Source of the DNA: a virus
Taxonomy: Duplodnaviria > Heunggongvirae > Uroviricota > Caudoviricetes
Direction: 5' to 3' (one strand)
Virus record (IMG/VR): IMGVR_UViG_3300031760_000027
Location: 20,159-84,158 of that record
Length of the DNA stretch: 64,000 bases
Program-made: the position numbers and the translations under genes
Part shown: piece after piece, positions 40,307 to 49,391 of the stretch
How the letters are laid out: each line of letters opens with the position of its first letter
Position numbering within the stretch: the first letter of the stretch is position 1
Notes under the pieces: model-generated
What the model was told of the DNA's origin: nothing
Databases searched by the model: none
The model's input: only the letters and a program-made list of their open reading frames with translations

Positions 40307-40728
40307 TAACTTACTCCTGTACTACCAAAACCGCCTTCACCTCTATCAGTATCCGTTAATTCATCAGTAACGTTTAGTTCAGTATAAATACAAGGAAGAA
40401 TGACAAGTTGACCAATTCTATCACCCTTTTTAAATACAATAGGTTCATTAGAATGATTATAAAGGACAATTCCAATTGCTCCTCTATAGTTTTCATCAAT
40501 TACTCCCTCACACTGAATCCCATAATTTTTATTAAGACCAGAACGTGACTTAACCATACCTACCGTATCAGGGGGAAGTTCCACATGAACTCCTGTATTA
40601 ATAAACATTCTACTATTCATAGCAACAGAAAAATCAAAAGGTGTCTTTAAATCATAACCTGCATCATTAGGATGCTTCTTTTCTGGAAGAAAAGCCCCTT
40701 TATCAAGTGAAATATTCATTTTAATCAT
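40306..40728 (-). CDS. dut: dUTP pyrophosphatase (trimeric dUTPase)
   Basis: All five dUTPase motifs are present: DAGYDL, KSRSGL, GVIDENYRG, DRIGQL and RGEGGFGSTG. Start placed at M28 of the tracked ORF (AGGAAG RBS upstream of ATG at 40728). Confidence 0.85.
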   Translation of the reverse strand: MIKMNISLDKGAFLPEKKHPNDAGYDLKTPFDFSVAMNSRMFINTGVHVELPPDTVGMVKSRSGLNKNYGIQCEGVIDENYRGAIGIVLYNHSNEPIVFKKGDRIGQLVILPCIYTELNVTDELTDTDRGEGGFGSTGVS

Positions 40729-40729
40729 A

Positions 40730-40999
40730 TTATTTACTTCCTTTCTTCTTATCTTCTCTTTCATAACAATCTTTAACATTGATAGATTTCCAGTAAAGCA
40801 TATCTTCATGTTTTACTACATCGTCAAGGTCGAAATAATCCTTATCAGGGAAGTTATTGTCAATATAATCAGCAATAAATCCATCATCTAACGTATCAAA
40901 AATTCCGTCTTCACCCATAGCTTCTACAAGATAATATGCTTTAGCATATTTTTCAAGCACACTTGCAGGAATCACATAAATTGTTTCTTTCTTTCTCAT
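40730..40999 (-). CDS. hypothetical acidic protein
   Basis: 89-aa ORF. Confidence 0.35.
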   Translation of the reverse strand: MRKKETIYVIPASVLEKYAKAYYLVEAMGEDGIFDTLDDGFIADYIDNNFPDKDYFDLDDVVKHEDMLYWKSINVKDCYEREDKKKGSK

Positions 41000-42246
41000 T
41001 TGTTCTCCTTTTCTAATTCTTCTTTATTGTATATTCTTACAGAGTCTCTGTATTTAGAATCAGATATATAAAAATTCCCATTATATTTATTTTTTTTCAA
41101 ATAGCCTATTTCCTGTATAATTTTTGATGCTAATTCCTCATGAATCTCTGGTTTTTCATTCCAATGTGTAACTAATATAGAACATGTATAATTATTTTTA
41201 TTAGAAATCAATATATTTTGATAAAAATCACCTCTAATCCTACCTAACATCTTTAAAATTAATGTTGTAACAAAATTGCTATATCTTAATTTTCCTTGGA
41301 ATGGATTATAAATATTGGTATAATCGAATAGAAAAATTGAGTTATCACTATTATATGCAATAAAATTACCATCAAAATTACCATCTCCATGTCTTGTCAA
41401 ATAAGTTCTAGTAACATAACATATTTCAACATTAGCCCCACAGAAATTCCTTTCAATGATTCTATAAGGTATTATAGCACCTGTGTTTGTAGAAGTCAAG
41501 TAAAAATTTTGAGAATTATATTCTTCATATGAATAACAGCTTAACGCTAGCCCTTGTCCATTCTCAAAAACTACTGTTTCAAAATTATTTAAAATTTCAG
41601 TATCTTTTACAACAAGTATGGCATTGTCTACTACAAAACAAATATCAAGTATAAAATGTTTTATTAAATTAGTAATATTAATACCAGTACAATATCCATC
41701 TATACTTTCATAATAATATAAAAATATATTATATAACTCTTGAAAAGCTTGCTCTTTATTACTTAAAATTAAATCAATCCATTCTTTGATAGTAAGATTT
41801 ACTTCTTTATCTTTTCTATATCTGTTAATAGTTCGCCATACTCCCATTCCACAAGAATTATGTAATTCTTCTTTCTTCATATCAACTTGATTACACATCA
41901 TATCAAAAGGTGTGACAACACGACAATCTGGATGAATATAATATTTAGGTTGAAAACCTTTAGCCATTAATTCATTATATTCTTTAACAAAAGCCATAGG
42001 ATTGATTAAAAAAGAATCAGTTATATAAGTGGGAATATTATTAAAAGTGCCTGAACTGAAATGATGGAATACATGATGATGTCCATCTTTTGTATCTACA
42101 GTGTGTCCTCTTTGTGCGCTACCATTTGTCAATACACCAATAGTAGATTCAGGGTTTAGGGAACAGAAATAATCTGTTCCCAGTCCCTTACCTTCGTCAC
42201 CGTAATTTGCACCAACTATTACTTTAACATTTTTTGTCATACCCAA
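40996..42246 (-). CDS. adenylosuccinate synthetase (PurA) family protein; candidate PurZ-type 2-aminoadenylosuccinate synthetase
   Basis: P-loop IVGANYGDEGKGLGTDYF. GSAQRGHTVDTKDGHHHVFHH. CGMGVWRTINRY. VVFENGQGLALS. 416 aa. Confidence 0.7.
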   Translation of the reverse strand: MGMTKNVKVIVGANYGDEGKGLGTDYFCSLNPESTIGVLTNGSAQRGHTVDTKDGHHHVFHHFSSGTFNNIPTYITDSFLINPMAFVKEYNELMAKGFQPKYYIHPDCRVVTPFDMMCNQVDMKKEELHNSCGMGVWRTINRYRKDKEVNLTIKEWIDLILSNKEQAFQELYNIFLYYYESIDGYCTGINITNLIKHFILDICFVVDNAILVVKDTEILNNFETVVFENGQGLALSCYSYEEYNSQNFYLTSTNTGAIIPYRIIERNFCGANVEICYVTRTYLTRHGDGNFDGNFIAYNSDNSIFLFDYTNIYNPFQGKLRYSNFVTTLILKMLGRIRGDFYQNILISNKNNYTCSILVTHWNEKPEIHEELASKIIQEIGYLKKNKYNGNFYISDSKYRDSVRIYNKEELEKENK

Positions 42247-43142
42247 GCGATACCTTCACTAGTTGTTTTTAAATTATTATCAAAAGTATTAGAATTATTA
42301 GAACTATTTTCACAAGTCCTTACAATAATATCTACAATTGTATCCGAAAGTGTTTCCAATGTAGCAACTTTAACATTATCTGCTCCAATAACATCACTAA
42401 AAGTAGCAATAGCATCTCTTTCTCTCATATTACTACTATAAGAATGGTTCACATGAATATGATAAATATCAAATTTCTTAGAAGCTTCTTCATAAAGGTC
42501 TTTTGTTTCAATTGTTCCTTGGACATCATCCCCCATATATCTTTCAATTGTAGTTTTATAACCTACTACTGGAATATAAGGATTAAGCTTTTCATCGCCA
42601 AGTGTGATAATAATACCTTTTTTATCACGTTTCCAACAATCCAGACTAGTATGATGTAATCCCATATACCATGCTAAAGAATAAGATTCATAAGAATTAC
42701 CACCACCACCATGTTCATGATAGATAGCATCTACATTTTCTGCAATACGAATATCAGATTCGAACTGAGACATTTGAACAGGGCAACGGTCATAAGCCAT
42801 ATCACCAATACCCATAATGCAAAATTCAATGTCTTTAATATTCTTATATAAATTTTCCATAATTACATTAAGACTTTTAGCTACTTCAAGAGAAGCAGAA
42901 CCCATAGAACCAGTAACATCAAGAGCAAGAATTACAGGAATTGTATTAGGATGCTCTTCCGTGTCACAACATTCACGCATAATGTTATAAGGATTTAATG
43001 CAGAAGAAAGACTAGTCTGTTTAAAAACATCTTGTTCAGAATAACTATTAGTAATCCTTCCTAAACTGTCAAAAGCTACATCTCGTTTTGTTGCACTACT
43101 ATAACTTATAAAATCATCTTTACTATAACTTCCGCTACCCAT
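42237..43142 (-). CDS. von Willebrand factor A (vWA) domain protein
   Basis: MIDAS-type motif VILALDVTGSMG with downstream acidic residues. Confidence 0.55.
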   Translation of the reverse strand: MGSGSYSKDDFISYSSATKRDVAFDSLGRITNSYSEQDVFKQTSLSSALNPYNIMRECCDTEEHPNTIPVILALDVTGSMGSASLEVAKSLNVIMENLYKNIKDIEFCIMGIGDMAYDRCPVQMSQFESDIRIAENVDAIYHEHGGGGNSYESYSLAWYMGLHHTSLDCWKRDKKGIIITLGDEKLNPYIPVVGYKTTIERYMGDDVQGTIETKDLYEEASKKFDIYHIHVNHSYSSNMRERDAIATFSDVIGADNVKVATLETLSDTIVDIIVRTCENSSNNSNTFDNNLKTTSEGIAWV

Positions 43143-43810
43143 TACTTGTCACCTCCGTCTACATCATTGTCTGTATCATCAGTATCATCAGTGTCATCAG
43201 TATCATTATCTAAGCCTACCATGGGCATATCTGCATCTTCAAAATCAAACAGACCGTCAAAGATATTCATACCCCCACCATTTCCAAACATAAACATAAA
43301 AGGCATCATACCACCAAACATATTGTTAGTATTATTACCACCATTACCCTTCATCATTTCAGAAAGCATCATGTATTTCATCATGTTATTCATACCATTC
43401 TTACCTTTAAAGTTTGTACCACCAAACAGAGATACAATTTTACCGTAGAAATAAGTATTACCCATAAATACATGCCTTTCAGGAAGAACAGTTTCTACTG
43501 TATTGTTTTCATAATTAACAACAGTAATCTGATTATTTTCTACCTTAACAACACATCTAGGCTGACCCTGAACAAGAATAATATCCCCTCTCTGGGCTTT
43601 ATTGGTAGGAATCACAAAGAAAAATTCATCCATACCATTAAATACAAAATTGTTACAGTTAGTAAGCCTATTCTTTTTAAGGTCATAAGTTTTATAACCA
43701 GTAGAAGTCTTTACTGCAATACGTCCATTCATAGCAAGTCTACACTGACCACTCTGAATTTTACCAAACATGCCATTAAACATATTATTGAATCCATCTG
43801 CCATATTCAT
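43142..43810 (-). CDS. hypothetical Met/Gly/Asn-rich protein with (DDT)n acidic C-terminal repeat
   Basis: Start overlaps the vWA gene stop. Low-complexity GNGGNNTNNMFGGMMPFMFMFGNGGG. 9-nt tandem repeat x4 at 43172-43207. Confidence 0.4.
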   Translation of the reverse strand: MNMADGFNNMFNGMFGKIQSGQCRLAMNGRIAVKTSTGYKTYDLKKNRLTNCNNFVFNGMDEFFFVIPTNKAQRGDIILVQGQPRCVVKVENNQITVVNYENNTVETVLPERHVFMGNTYFYGKIVSLFGGTNFKGKNGMNNMMKYMMLSEMMKGNGGNNTNNMFGGMMPFMFMFGNGGGMNIFDGLFDFEDADMPMVGLDNDTDDTDDTDDTDNDVDGGDK

Positions 43811-43829
43811 TTTTTAATCTCCTTTTCTA

Positions 43830-44225
43830 TTATTTAAAAATTTGTTTAGGGTTCTCATAATATTCAAAAATATTATCTTTCTTTTTACGTTTAATTTTAA
43901 ATCCCATTCTGCTCATTCGTCTATCAATAACTTTACATACTCTTTCTAAATAATTAATATATCCTTTATTTTCACATTTATAAAAAGCAGGATAAGGATT
44001 ATTTAAATTATTTACTACATTAATTCTAATGTCATGAGTGTAATCATTAATCACGATTCTTGCAAATAATGTTGGATTATTTTTATAAGTGTCTATTGGG
44101 AATTTTAATACATAACCATCATCCAAAAAACTATATCGAAATCCTCTTCTATATAGGTTTTCTTGTACTTTTTTAGGCATATAGTATTTATTCCTATACC
44201 GTTCACTGTAACTAATTGTTTTCAT
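43830..44225 (-). CDS. hypothetical basic protein
   Basis: 131-aa ORF with consensus promoter upstream. Confidence 0.4.
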   Translation of the reverse strand: MKTISYSERYRNKYYMPKKVQENLYRRGFRYSFLDDGYVLKFPIDTYKNNPTLFARIVINDYTHDIRINVVNNLNNPYPAFYKCENKGYINYLERVCKVIDRRMSRMGFKIKRKKKDNIFEYYENPKQIFK

Positions 44226-44307
44226 CCTTTCCTCTCTTTCTTATTTTATGAAAATGAAAGACAGTACCATGTTCAAGATACTGCCTTTCGAACTTTGGTA
44301 TATTCTT

Positions 44308-44336
44308 ATTATAGCTTATTATTATGGGTTTGTCAA
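44308..44336 (-). promoter_or_regulatory. consensus sigma70-type promoter (TTGACA-17-TATAAT) on minus strand
   Basis: Minus-strand TTGACA at 44331-44336, 17-nt spacer, TATAAT at 44308-44313. An imperfect hairpin lies just downstream. Confidence 0.5.
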
Positions 44337-44342
44337 GTGTTT

Positions 44343-44825
44343 TTAACAAATTTTTTTTGCATATTGATTATCCGATGCTAAATTAACTCCAAGTACAGGG
44401 TCAAAATGCGATTTTTGATTAGGTACATATCTTCCAAATTTAATTATAATATTTGAAAATATCTCTTTTAACGCATTTATTTCTTTAGGAATTTCATTTT
44501 CATTATAACCAGTATAAATTACTATATCATCTTGACTATAGTATTGATGTTGAAACCAAAGAAGAAAATTATTCATTTCTCCAAAAGAATCAAATGGTTC
44601 TAATCCTTGGAAAACAATTGCTTCAGTAATAGGATTATTTATATATCTAATAATAATATCTTCACAAGGAATATCAATATTAGGTTCTTTTACTAAAGAA
44701 CTATTTTGACATACTGGTTGACCACATTCTTTATCACATTTAAAATTACAATAAGGAAATTCAATCACCATTGAAGGCTTTTTATAATTTATAAAATCTT
44801 CATCAATTAATCCTTTAATTATCAT
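44343..44825 (-). CDS. nrdG: anaerobic ribonucleotide reductase activating protein (NrdG-like radical SAM)
   Basis: Cys cluster FPYCNFKCDKECGQPVC near the N-terminus. DIVIYTGYNENEI motif. Lies immediately downstream of nrdD with a 4-nt overlap. Confidence 0.6.
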   Translation of the reverse strand: MIIKGLIDEDFINYKKPSMVIEFPYCNFKCDKECGQPVCQNSSLVKEPNIDIPCEDIIIRYINNPITEAIVFQGLEPFDSFGEMNNFLLWFQHQYYSQDDIVIYTGYNENEIPKEINALKEIFSNIIIKFGRYVPNQKSHFDPVLGVNLASDNQYAKKIC

Positions 44826-45577
44826 GCTATATTCTCCGCTGTTTTATTAATTGATTCCCATCTTCTCATTTTAAATTCTTCTTTACGTTGTGAAGAATAA
44901 GTTCTGACAGGAGTATAAAAACCTACAATTCTTGTATATTCTGTTGCAACAGGTTTCCCACAAACAGGACATACTTTGCCATAAAAAGCATGATTAGATT
45001 CACAAGCTTGAATTTTTGTATTAAATGCAAAATAAGTCACACCTTGATTAGCAATATAATTTACCATTTTCCAAGCTTTCTCAAAACTATCAAATGGAGC
45101 ATCAATATTATAATGTAAAATACTACCACCATTACAATAGCTATCAAATTCTGAAGCAATTCTAACACGTTCTTGTCCTGTTGTTTTAATTCCTAATGGA
45201 ATAAATTGATTCCCATAAAGAGGAAGGTCATATATATCTGCTTCAGGATAGAAAAATTTATCTTTTAACATAAGTTTTGCGGCGGCACTTTCGCCGGGAA
45301 TTTGTTCAGTATTAATCATATAATCACAGTTATATTTTTTAATAAATTCATCTGCTGTCTGACGCATTATTTCAAAAATCTTTTTGCCAAAATTTGATGC
45401 TTCTGCTGTATAATATGTATTGCCAAATGAATCAATTTTAGTATAACCAAATTTTTTCATTGTTTCATAAATGCCAATAAAGCCAATAGTATTATAAAGA
45501 TGCTCAAAATCAATTAATCCATAAGAAAAATTAGGAAGAAGACCCTTTTCGACATTACGTTTAATAATATGACGCAC
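44822..45577 (-). CDS. nrdD: anaerobic ribonucleoside-triphosphate reductase NrdD, C-terminal exon
   Basis: Zn-ribbon CPVCG and glycyl-radical motif TRIVGFYTPV. Frame is open to 45766 and carries the NrdD TINLARLAL motif, so the real exon extends to ~45730. Tracked GTG start is an artefact. Confidence 0.6.
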   Translation of the reverse strand: MRHIIKRNVEKGLLPNFSYGLIDFEHLYNTIGFIGIYETMKKFGYTKIDSFGNTYYTAEASNFGKKIFEIMRQTADEFIKKYNCDYMINTEQIPGESAAAKLMLKDKFFYPEADIYDLPLYGNQFIPLGIKTTGQERVRIASEFDSYCNGGSILHYNIDAPFDSFEKAWKMVNYIANQGVTYFAFNTKIQACESNHAFYGKVCPVCGKPVATEYTRIVGFYTPVRTYSSQRKEEFKMRRWESINKTAENIA

Positions 45578-45729
45578 ACAATCTAAAGCCTGTAAATTAA
45601 GCCATACTCTATTTTTTAATTCTTTTAAATATTCTTCTTCTGAATTAGTATCTAATGCAAGTCTAGCAAGGTTAATTGTAGATACTTTTACAGAACCTAC
45701 TTTAAGTGCTGTTCCCCCGATTGAGTTAA

Positions 45730-46690
45730 AATCAGTTACCCTACACTTTCGTATAGGACTGGACTATTTCTTATACGCATCATAGCGCATATCCCCATTT
45801 CCAACTACGTATCAATAGTAGTCGTACTTCTCTTAGCGAGAATAGTCTCTACAGGTTTCAATTGTTTTTTACCCCTTTGTTTTCTTAAAGGGTAATCGCA
45901 ATTATCTTCATGATAATTCCGACCCATATTAATATGTTTTATAGTTGAAGTATTTACATGATAATAATCTGCAATTTGAGAACATGGATATAAAGTATTT
46001 TGTAATAACCATTTTATATCACCTACTTGTTCAAAAGTTAAATTATAAGGACAATTTTTCCTTATAGGATATGTTTCATTATTTCTTTTATGAGTAATTC
46101 CCCAATTTATATTATTAATTAAAGTTTGATTAAATGGGGGATTAAAAAGTTTACCTATTTGTGGTTCAGTTAATTCACCTTTTTTTAACTCATTAATTAT
46201 AATATCTACTTGTTCTTCAGTTATTATTGATTTATGATGTTGCTCACCATATTTATGAGGAGGTTCTTCTCCACCTTTAGCAATATTATAGCCAAATGGA
46301 GATAAAGAATTTAATTTTTGAATCCAATATCTTTCTCTATTATTATAATCTTCTGTCCACTCAATAATATCTAGAACAAAATTTTCTTTTCCATATTTTT
46401 TAATTGCAGTATGTATAGGAGAATTGTCCGAATCATTATTAGCACGACTACAATGCGAAATAAAACGATGATTAGGGTCAATACTTTGTCCTATATATAT
46501 TTTATTATTTATCATGTTTGTTATTTTATAAATTGCTTTCTTCAACGTATATAAAAAACAATTGACTTCCCACGAGATTGCCATATTAAGTAATCGGAAC
46601 TTAACTTAGGTTTCCTCGTTAGCATTCTTATTAATAGAATACCCCGCTGATTATGCGGCAAAGGGATAATAGGGCATTTTTACATACCCC
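45730..46690 (-). mobile_element. group I intron (approximate boundaries) interrupting nrdD and carrying a GIY-YIG homing endonuclease ORF
   Basis: NrdD N- and C-terminal halves flank a free-standing HEG. No start codon/RBS for a C-terminal piece containing TINLARLAL. GC-rich structured flanks at 45720-45850 and 46585-46690. Confidence 0.5.
45805..46584 (-). CDS. GIY-YIG homing endonuclease
   Basis: KKAIYKITNMINNKIYIGQS...R...H...E module (GIY-YIG), with a C-terminal DNA-binding region. Confidence 0.7.
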   Translation of the reverse strand: MAISWEVNCFLYTLKKAIYKITNMINNKIYIGQSIDPNHRFISHCSRANNDSDNSPIHTAIKKYGKENFVLDIIEWTEDYNNRERYWIQKLNSLSPFGYNIAKGGEEPPHKYGEQHHKSIITEEQVDIIINELKKGELTEPQIGKLFNPPFNQTLINNINWGITHKRNNETYPIRKNCPYNLTFEQVGDIKWLLQNTLYPCSQIADYYHVNTSTIKHINMGRNYHEDNCDYPLRKQRGKKQLKPVETILAKRSTTTIDT

Positions 46691-47727
46691 AAATCTTCAA
46701 TATTAGATTTTAAACGACAACAATTTGACAAACTATTTACACTTGTATCAACAAATAAATTACTATCAGACCATTTCATATTATGCCTAATTGCCCATTC
46801 AGCAAATTCTTTATCAACAAATTCCCCATTTAATCTAAGTAAGGAAATTGTACTTACAGGGAAAGTAAACATATTTGTCGAACGAATCTCAGACATTACT
46901 TCCATATACCACTTCTGAAATTCAATAATTTCTTCTTCGTAATCAATCATAAAAGTGCCATCAGGAAATTCTGCCCCACCAAATAATGCTTCAAAATAAG
47001 GACGGTCAAATACTGAAGTATTTGTAAAAGCTGATTGACTTCCATCTCTTACATAAGGTTGATTAACAGCATAAATAAATCTTTGAAAATTTTGTTTGGC
47101 ATAATATTCTGCAAATCCTGAACTGGCAACCCCTAAATAATTTTCATCAACATCTTTTTTCCAAAAATAATACATATAAGGAATAATATTAGGAAGTCCT
47201 ACTGCCCCAGAAGTTCTATTACAAGCGAAACTAACGTATTCTTTTACGAAATCTACAAAAGTAGTTAAATGTCGTGCAGGACAAGGATTTTGTCCATCAA
47301 TAAAATATAATCCTTTTTCTGCTAAATCTTTTAAATCGTATGCAAAACAATATGAACGGAAAGTTGCCGAATTAGCATCGTGCATATAAAGCTGTCCTAC
47401 CCATTCTGCTAAAAGCCAATCATTAGCTGATTTAAAACCAAACTTCTTTTGCATTTCATAATGAATTTTATTAAATGCTAATAACTTTTCGTGTGGTTTT
47501 GGCATTTCTCGTTCTAATGTAACAATATCTTTATGTCCTACATTGCTGTTACCATCAATGCTAGAATCTGCTACTGTCTCTTCATCAATAAAATTATTAA
47601 TGAAATCAGTATAACTTAATTGCCCATCATCAAAACCGTTTAAATGGGCTATCTGCGTTCCATAGTCATTTTGCATTCTATTATACGCAGTTGTAAAATT
47701 TTTATCTAAACGTATATTTATTCTCAT
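46651..47727 (-). CDS. nrdD: anaerobic ribonucleoside-triphosphate reductase NrdD, N-terminal exon
   Basis: Class III RNR N-terminal region ending ...SNCCRLKSNIEDLGY. The in-frame stop at 46651 probably lies in the intron. Confidence 0.65.
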   Translation of the reverse strand: MRINIRLDKNFTTAYNRMQNDYGTQIAHLNGFDDGQLSYTDFINNFIDEETVADSSIDGNSNVGHKDIVTLEREMPKPHEKLLAFNKIHYEMQKKFGFKSANDWLLAEWVGQLYMHDANSATFRSYCFAYDLKDLAEKGLYFIDGQNPCPARHLTTFVDFVKEYVSFACNRTSGAVGLPNIIPYMYYFWKKDVDENYLGVASSGFAEYYAKQNFQRFIYAVNQPYVRDGSQSAFTNTSVFDRPYFEALFGGAEFPDGTFMIDYEEEIIEFQKWYMEVMSEIRSTNMFTFPVSTISLLRLNGEFVDKEFAEWAIRHNMKWSDSNLFVDTSVNSLSNCCRLKSNIEDLGYVKMPYYPFAA

Positions 47728-47741
47728 TATAACACTACCTC

Positions 47742-47942
47742 TTAAAACTGATTAGCCCATTTATTACCCTCAATAAAACCCATTAACTTGCCATCGACTT
47801 CAAGCATAGGTGCTTCTAAAAAACCTTTATCTATCATCAATTGTTCATTGTCAATTAATGTATATTTAATATCTTTAGTATCTAATTTCTTTTTAAGAAC
47901 TTTGCATTTTGGACAGCCTGTTGAATATAAAACTACATCCAT
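47742..47942 (-). CDS. nrdH: glutaredoxin-like protein NrdH
   Basis: 66 aa with CPKC redox motif. Adjacent to the nrdD/nrdG genes. Confidence 0.55.
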   Translation of the reverse strand: MDVVLYSTGCPKCKVLKKKLDTKDIKYTLIDNEQLMIDKGFLEAPMLEVDGKLMGFIEGNKWANQF

Positions 47943-47955
47943 ATGCGACTCCTTT

Positions 47956-48543
47956 CTATGATTTCATCATTTTAATAATTGTGTTATATATATCTTCAGG
48001 AGTTCTATCTCCTATTCCATCACGAATATAAAATAAAGGAAATTGACTTTCTTCTCTATGTTTTAATTCCCATTCTTCAAAATCTTTGTTATCTGCTTCA
48101 ATTCTTCTATTAATCTCTTCTATATCATCTCCACGCTTAATTAAGCGTTCTCTTCGTATATCATCGGGTATGTCAATTTGTGCAGAAATATAGTCTATTC
48201 CTTTTACGGCGAATAACATTTTATTAAGCTTTTTATATTCAGTAGGAGTCATAATTATAATATAATTATTTTTTTTATCAGTAAACAAACTTCTATAAAG
48301 GTCTTCTGATGAAATCCCGTAATACCATGTATCTCCATTTGCTACAGTGAAACTTTCTTCAAAAAAGAAAGATTTTCCTATCATAACATCAATAGGAACA
48401 AAATGATAATCTATACCATCAATTTCTTCTTCTCTTTTAGGTCTATTAGTGTATTTAACAACTCTTTTCCAACCATTTTTTTCAAATTCTTTAACGACAC
48501 TATCTTTTCCAGAACCAGATTTTCCACCAATAATTAATAACAT
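47956..48543 (-). CDS. gmk: guanylate kinase-like nucleoside monophosphate kinase
   Basis: P-loop GGKSGSGKDS. YTNRPKREEEIDGIDYHFV matches the Gmk TTRxPRxGExxGxDYxFV motif. Lid region LIKRGDDIEEINRRIE. Confidence 0.65.
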   Translation of the reverse strand: MLLIIGGKSGSGKDSVVKEFEKNGWKRVVKYTNRPKREEEIDGIDYHFVPIDVMIGKSFFFEESFTVANGDTWYYGISSEDLYRSLFTDKKNNYIIIMTPTEYKKLNKMLFAVKGIDYISAQIDIPDDIRRERLIKRGDDIEEINRRIEADNKDFEEWELKHREESQFPLFYIRDGIGDRTPEDIYNTIIKMMKS

Positions 48544-48546
48544 ATC

Positions 48547-48819
48547 TTACTCCTTAGATTCATGACTTTCTCTACCTAATTTCATTATTTCTTGATTAAA
48601 TTGAAAATATTTAATCCTTGTTTCTTCATCCAGAATTTCTGGAAGAACAGGCACAATAGAAACAATATTTGGACACATTGAACAAACTCCTAAATAACTA
48701 CATCCATCAACTACATAATGTCCATGAATAATATCTACATTAAAGTAAGGTTTATATTTTTCACAAATATCAACTAAGGGTTTTACATTACTTAAATCAT
48801 TTAAATTATATGCTAACAT
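48547..48819 (-). CDS. hypothetical protein
   Basis: 90-aa ORF. Confidence 0.35.
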   Translation of the reverse strand: MLAYNLNDLSNVKPLVDICEKYKPYFNVDIIHGHYVVDGCSYLGVCSMCPNIVSIVPVLPEILDEETRIKYFQFNQEIMKLGRESHESKE

Positions 48820-48822
48820 CTT

Positions 48823-49173
48823 TTACTCCTCTATGTATGAACTAAAAATTTTTTTATTAAGTTTAATTAATTCTTTTTTATCTTCTGGTAAATCATATAT
48901 ATAAGCAAAATATGTCCAACTGCCATAATCAATTTCAATTAAATTGCCATAATAATTACAACGATAATAGTAAGGACACCTTTTCCCATTATCTTCTAAA
49001 TATTTTTTTAATAAATCCCAAGCTTCAGATTCTGTTTCACATTCACCAAGATAAACTGCATCAGGTAATCTAACTTCATCATAGTTAGATTGGTAGTAGT
49101 CATACTCGTCAGTGCCTTTTTTGACCATTTTCATATCTAAATTTGTGGGTCTTTTTGAATAATCAACCTTCAT
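48823..49173 (-). CDS. hypothetical protein
   Basis: 116-aa ORF. Confidence 0.35.
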   Translation of the reverse strand: MKVDYSKRPTNLDMKMVKKGTDEYDYYQSNYDEVRLPDAVYLGECETESEAWDLLKKYLEDNGKRCPYYYRCNYYGNLIEIDYGSWTYFAYIYDLPEDKKELIKLNKKIFSSYIEE

Positions 49174-49390
49174 TTGATACCTTATTCACCTCACTTTCAT
49201 CTTCATTTTTAATATCGTTTTTTTCATATAAAAATTCTTTATATAATAAACGACCATTTTCTTCTGTACAAGCTATTTTATATAAAGTTGCACAAGGATT
49301 CCCATCAGGATTATTATATCTATAACAACTATCCTTTTTAGGACAATCATTTTTATCTTTTGTACAACAATATATTCCATTATAACTCAT
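49163..49390 (-). CDS. hypothetical Cys-rich small protein
   Basis: 75 aa with eight Cys (CCTKDKNDCPKKDSCYRYNNPDGNPCATLYKIAC). Confidence 0.35.
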   Translation of the reverse strand: MSYNGIYCCTKDKNDCPKKDSCYRYNNPDGNPCATLYKIACTEENGRLLYKEFLYEKNDIKNEDESEVNKVSNEG

Positions 49391-49391
49391 T

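Noticed and set aside
40306-40809. Longer dUTPase start at 40809 (MKICFTGNLSMLKIVMKEKIRRK...)
   Set aside because: The N-terminal extension overlaps the upstream gene and lacks an RBS. The ATG at 40728 has an AGGAAG RBS and gives a canonical dUTPase N-terminus.
40996-42246. Calling the PurA-family gene definitively purZ
   Set aside because: PurZ and PurA cannot be discriminated by eye. DatZ and MazZ partners are not in this window. Reported only as a candidate.
43146-43448. 100-aa plus-strand ORF beginning SVSSVSSVSSVS
   Set aside because: It is the reverse-strand reading of the (DDT)n repeat of gene 43142..43810.
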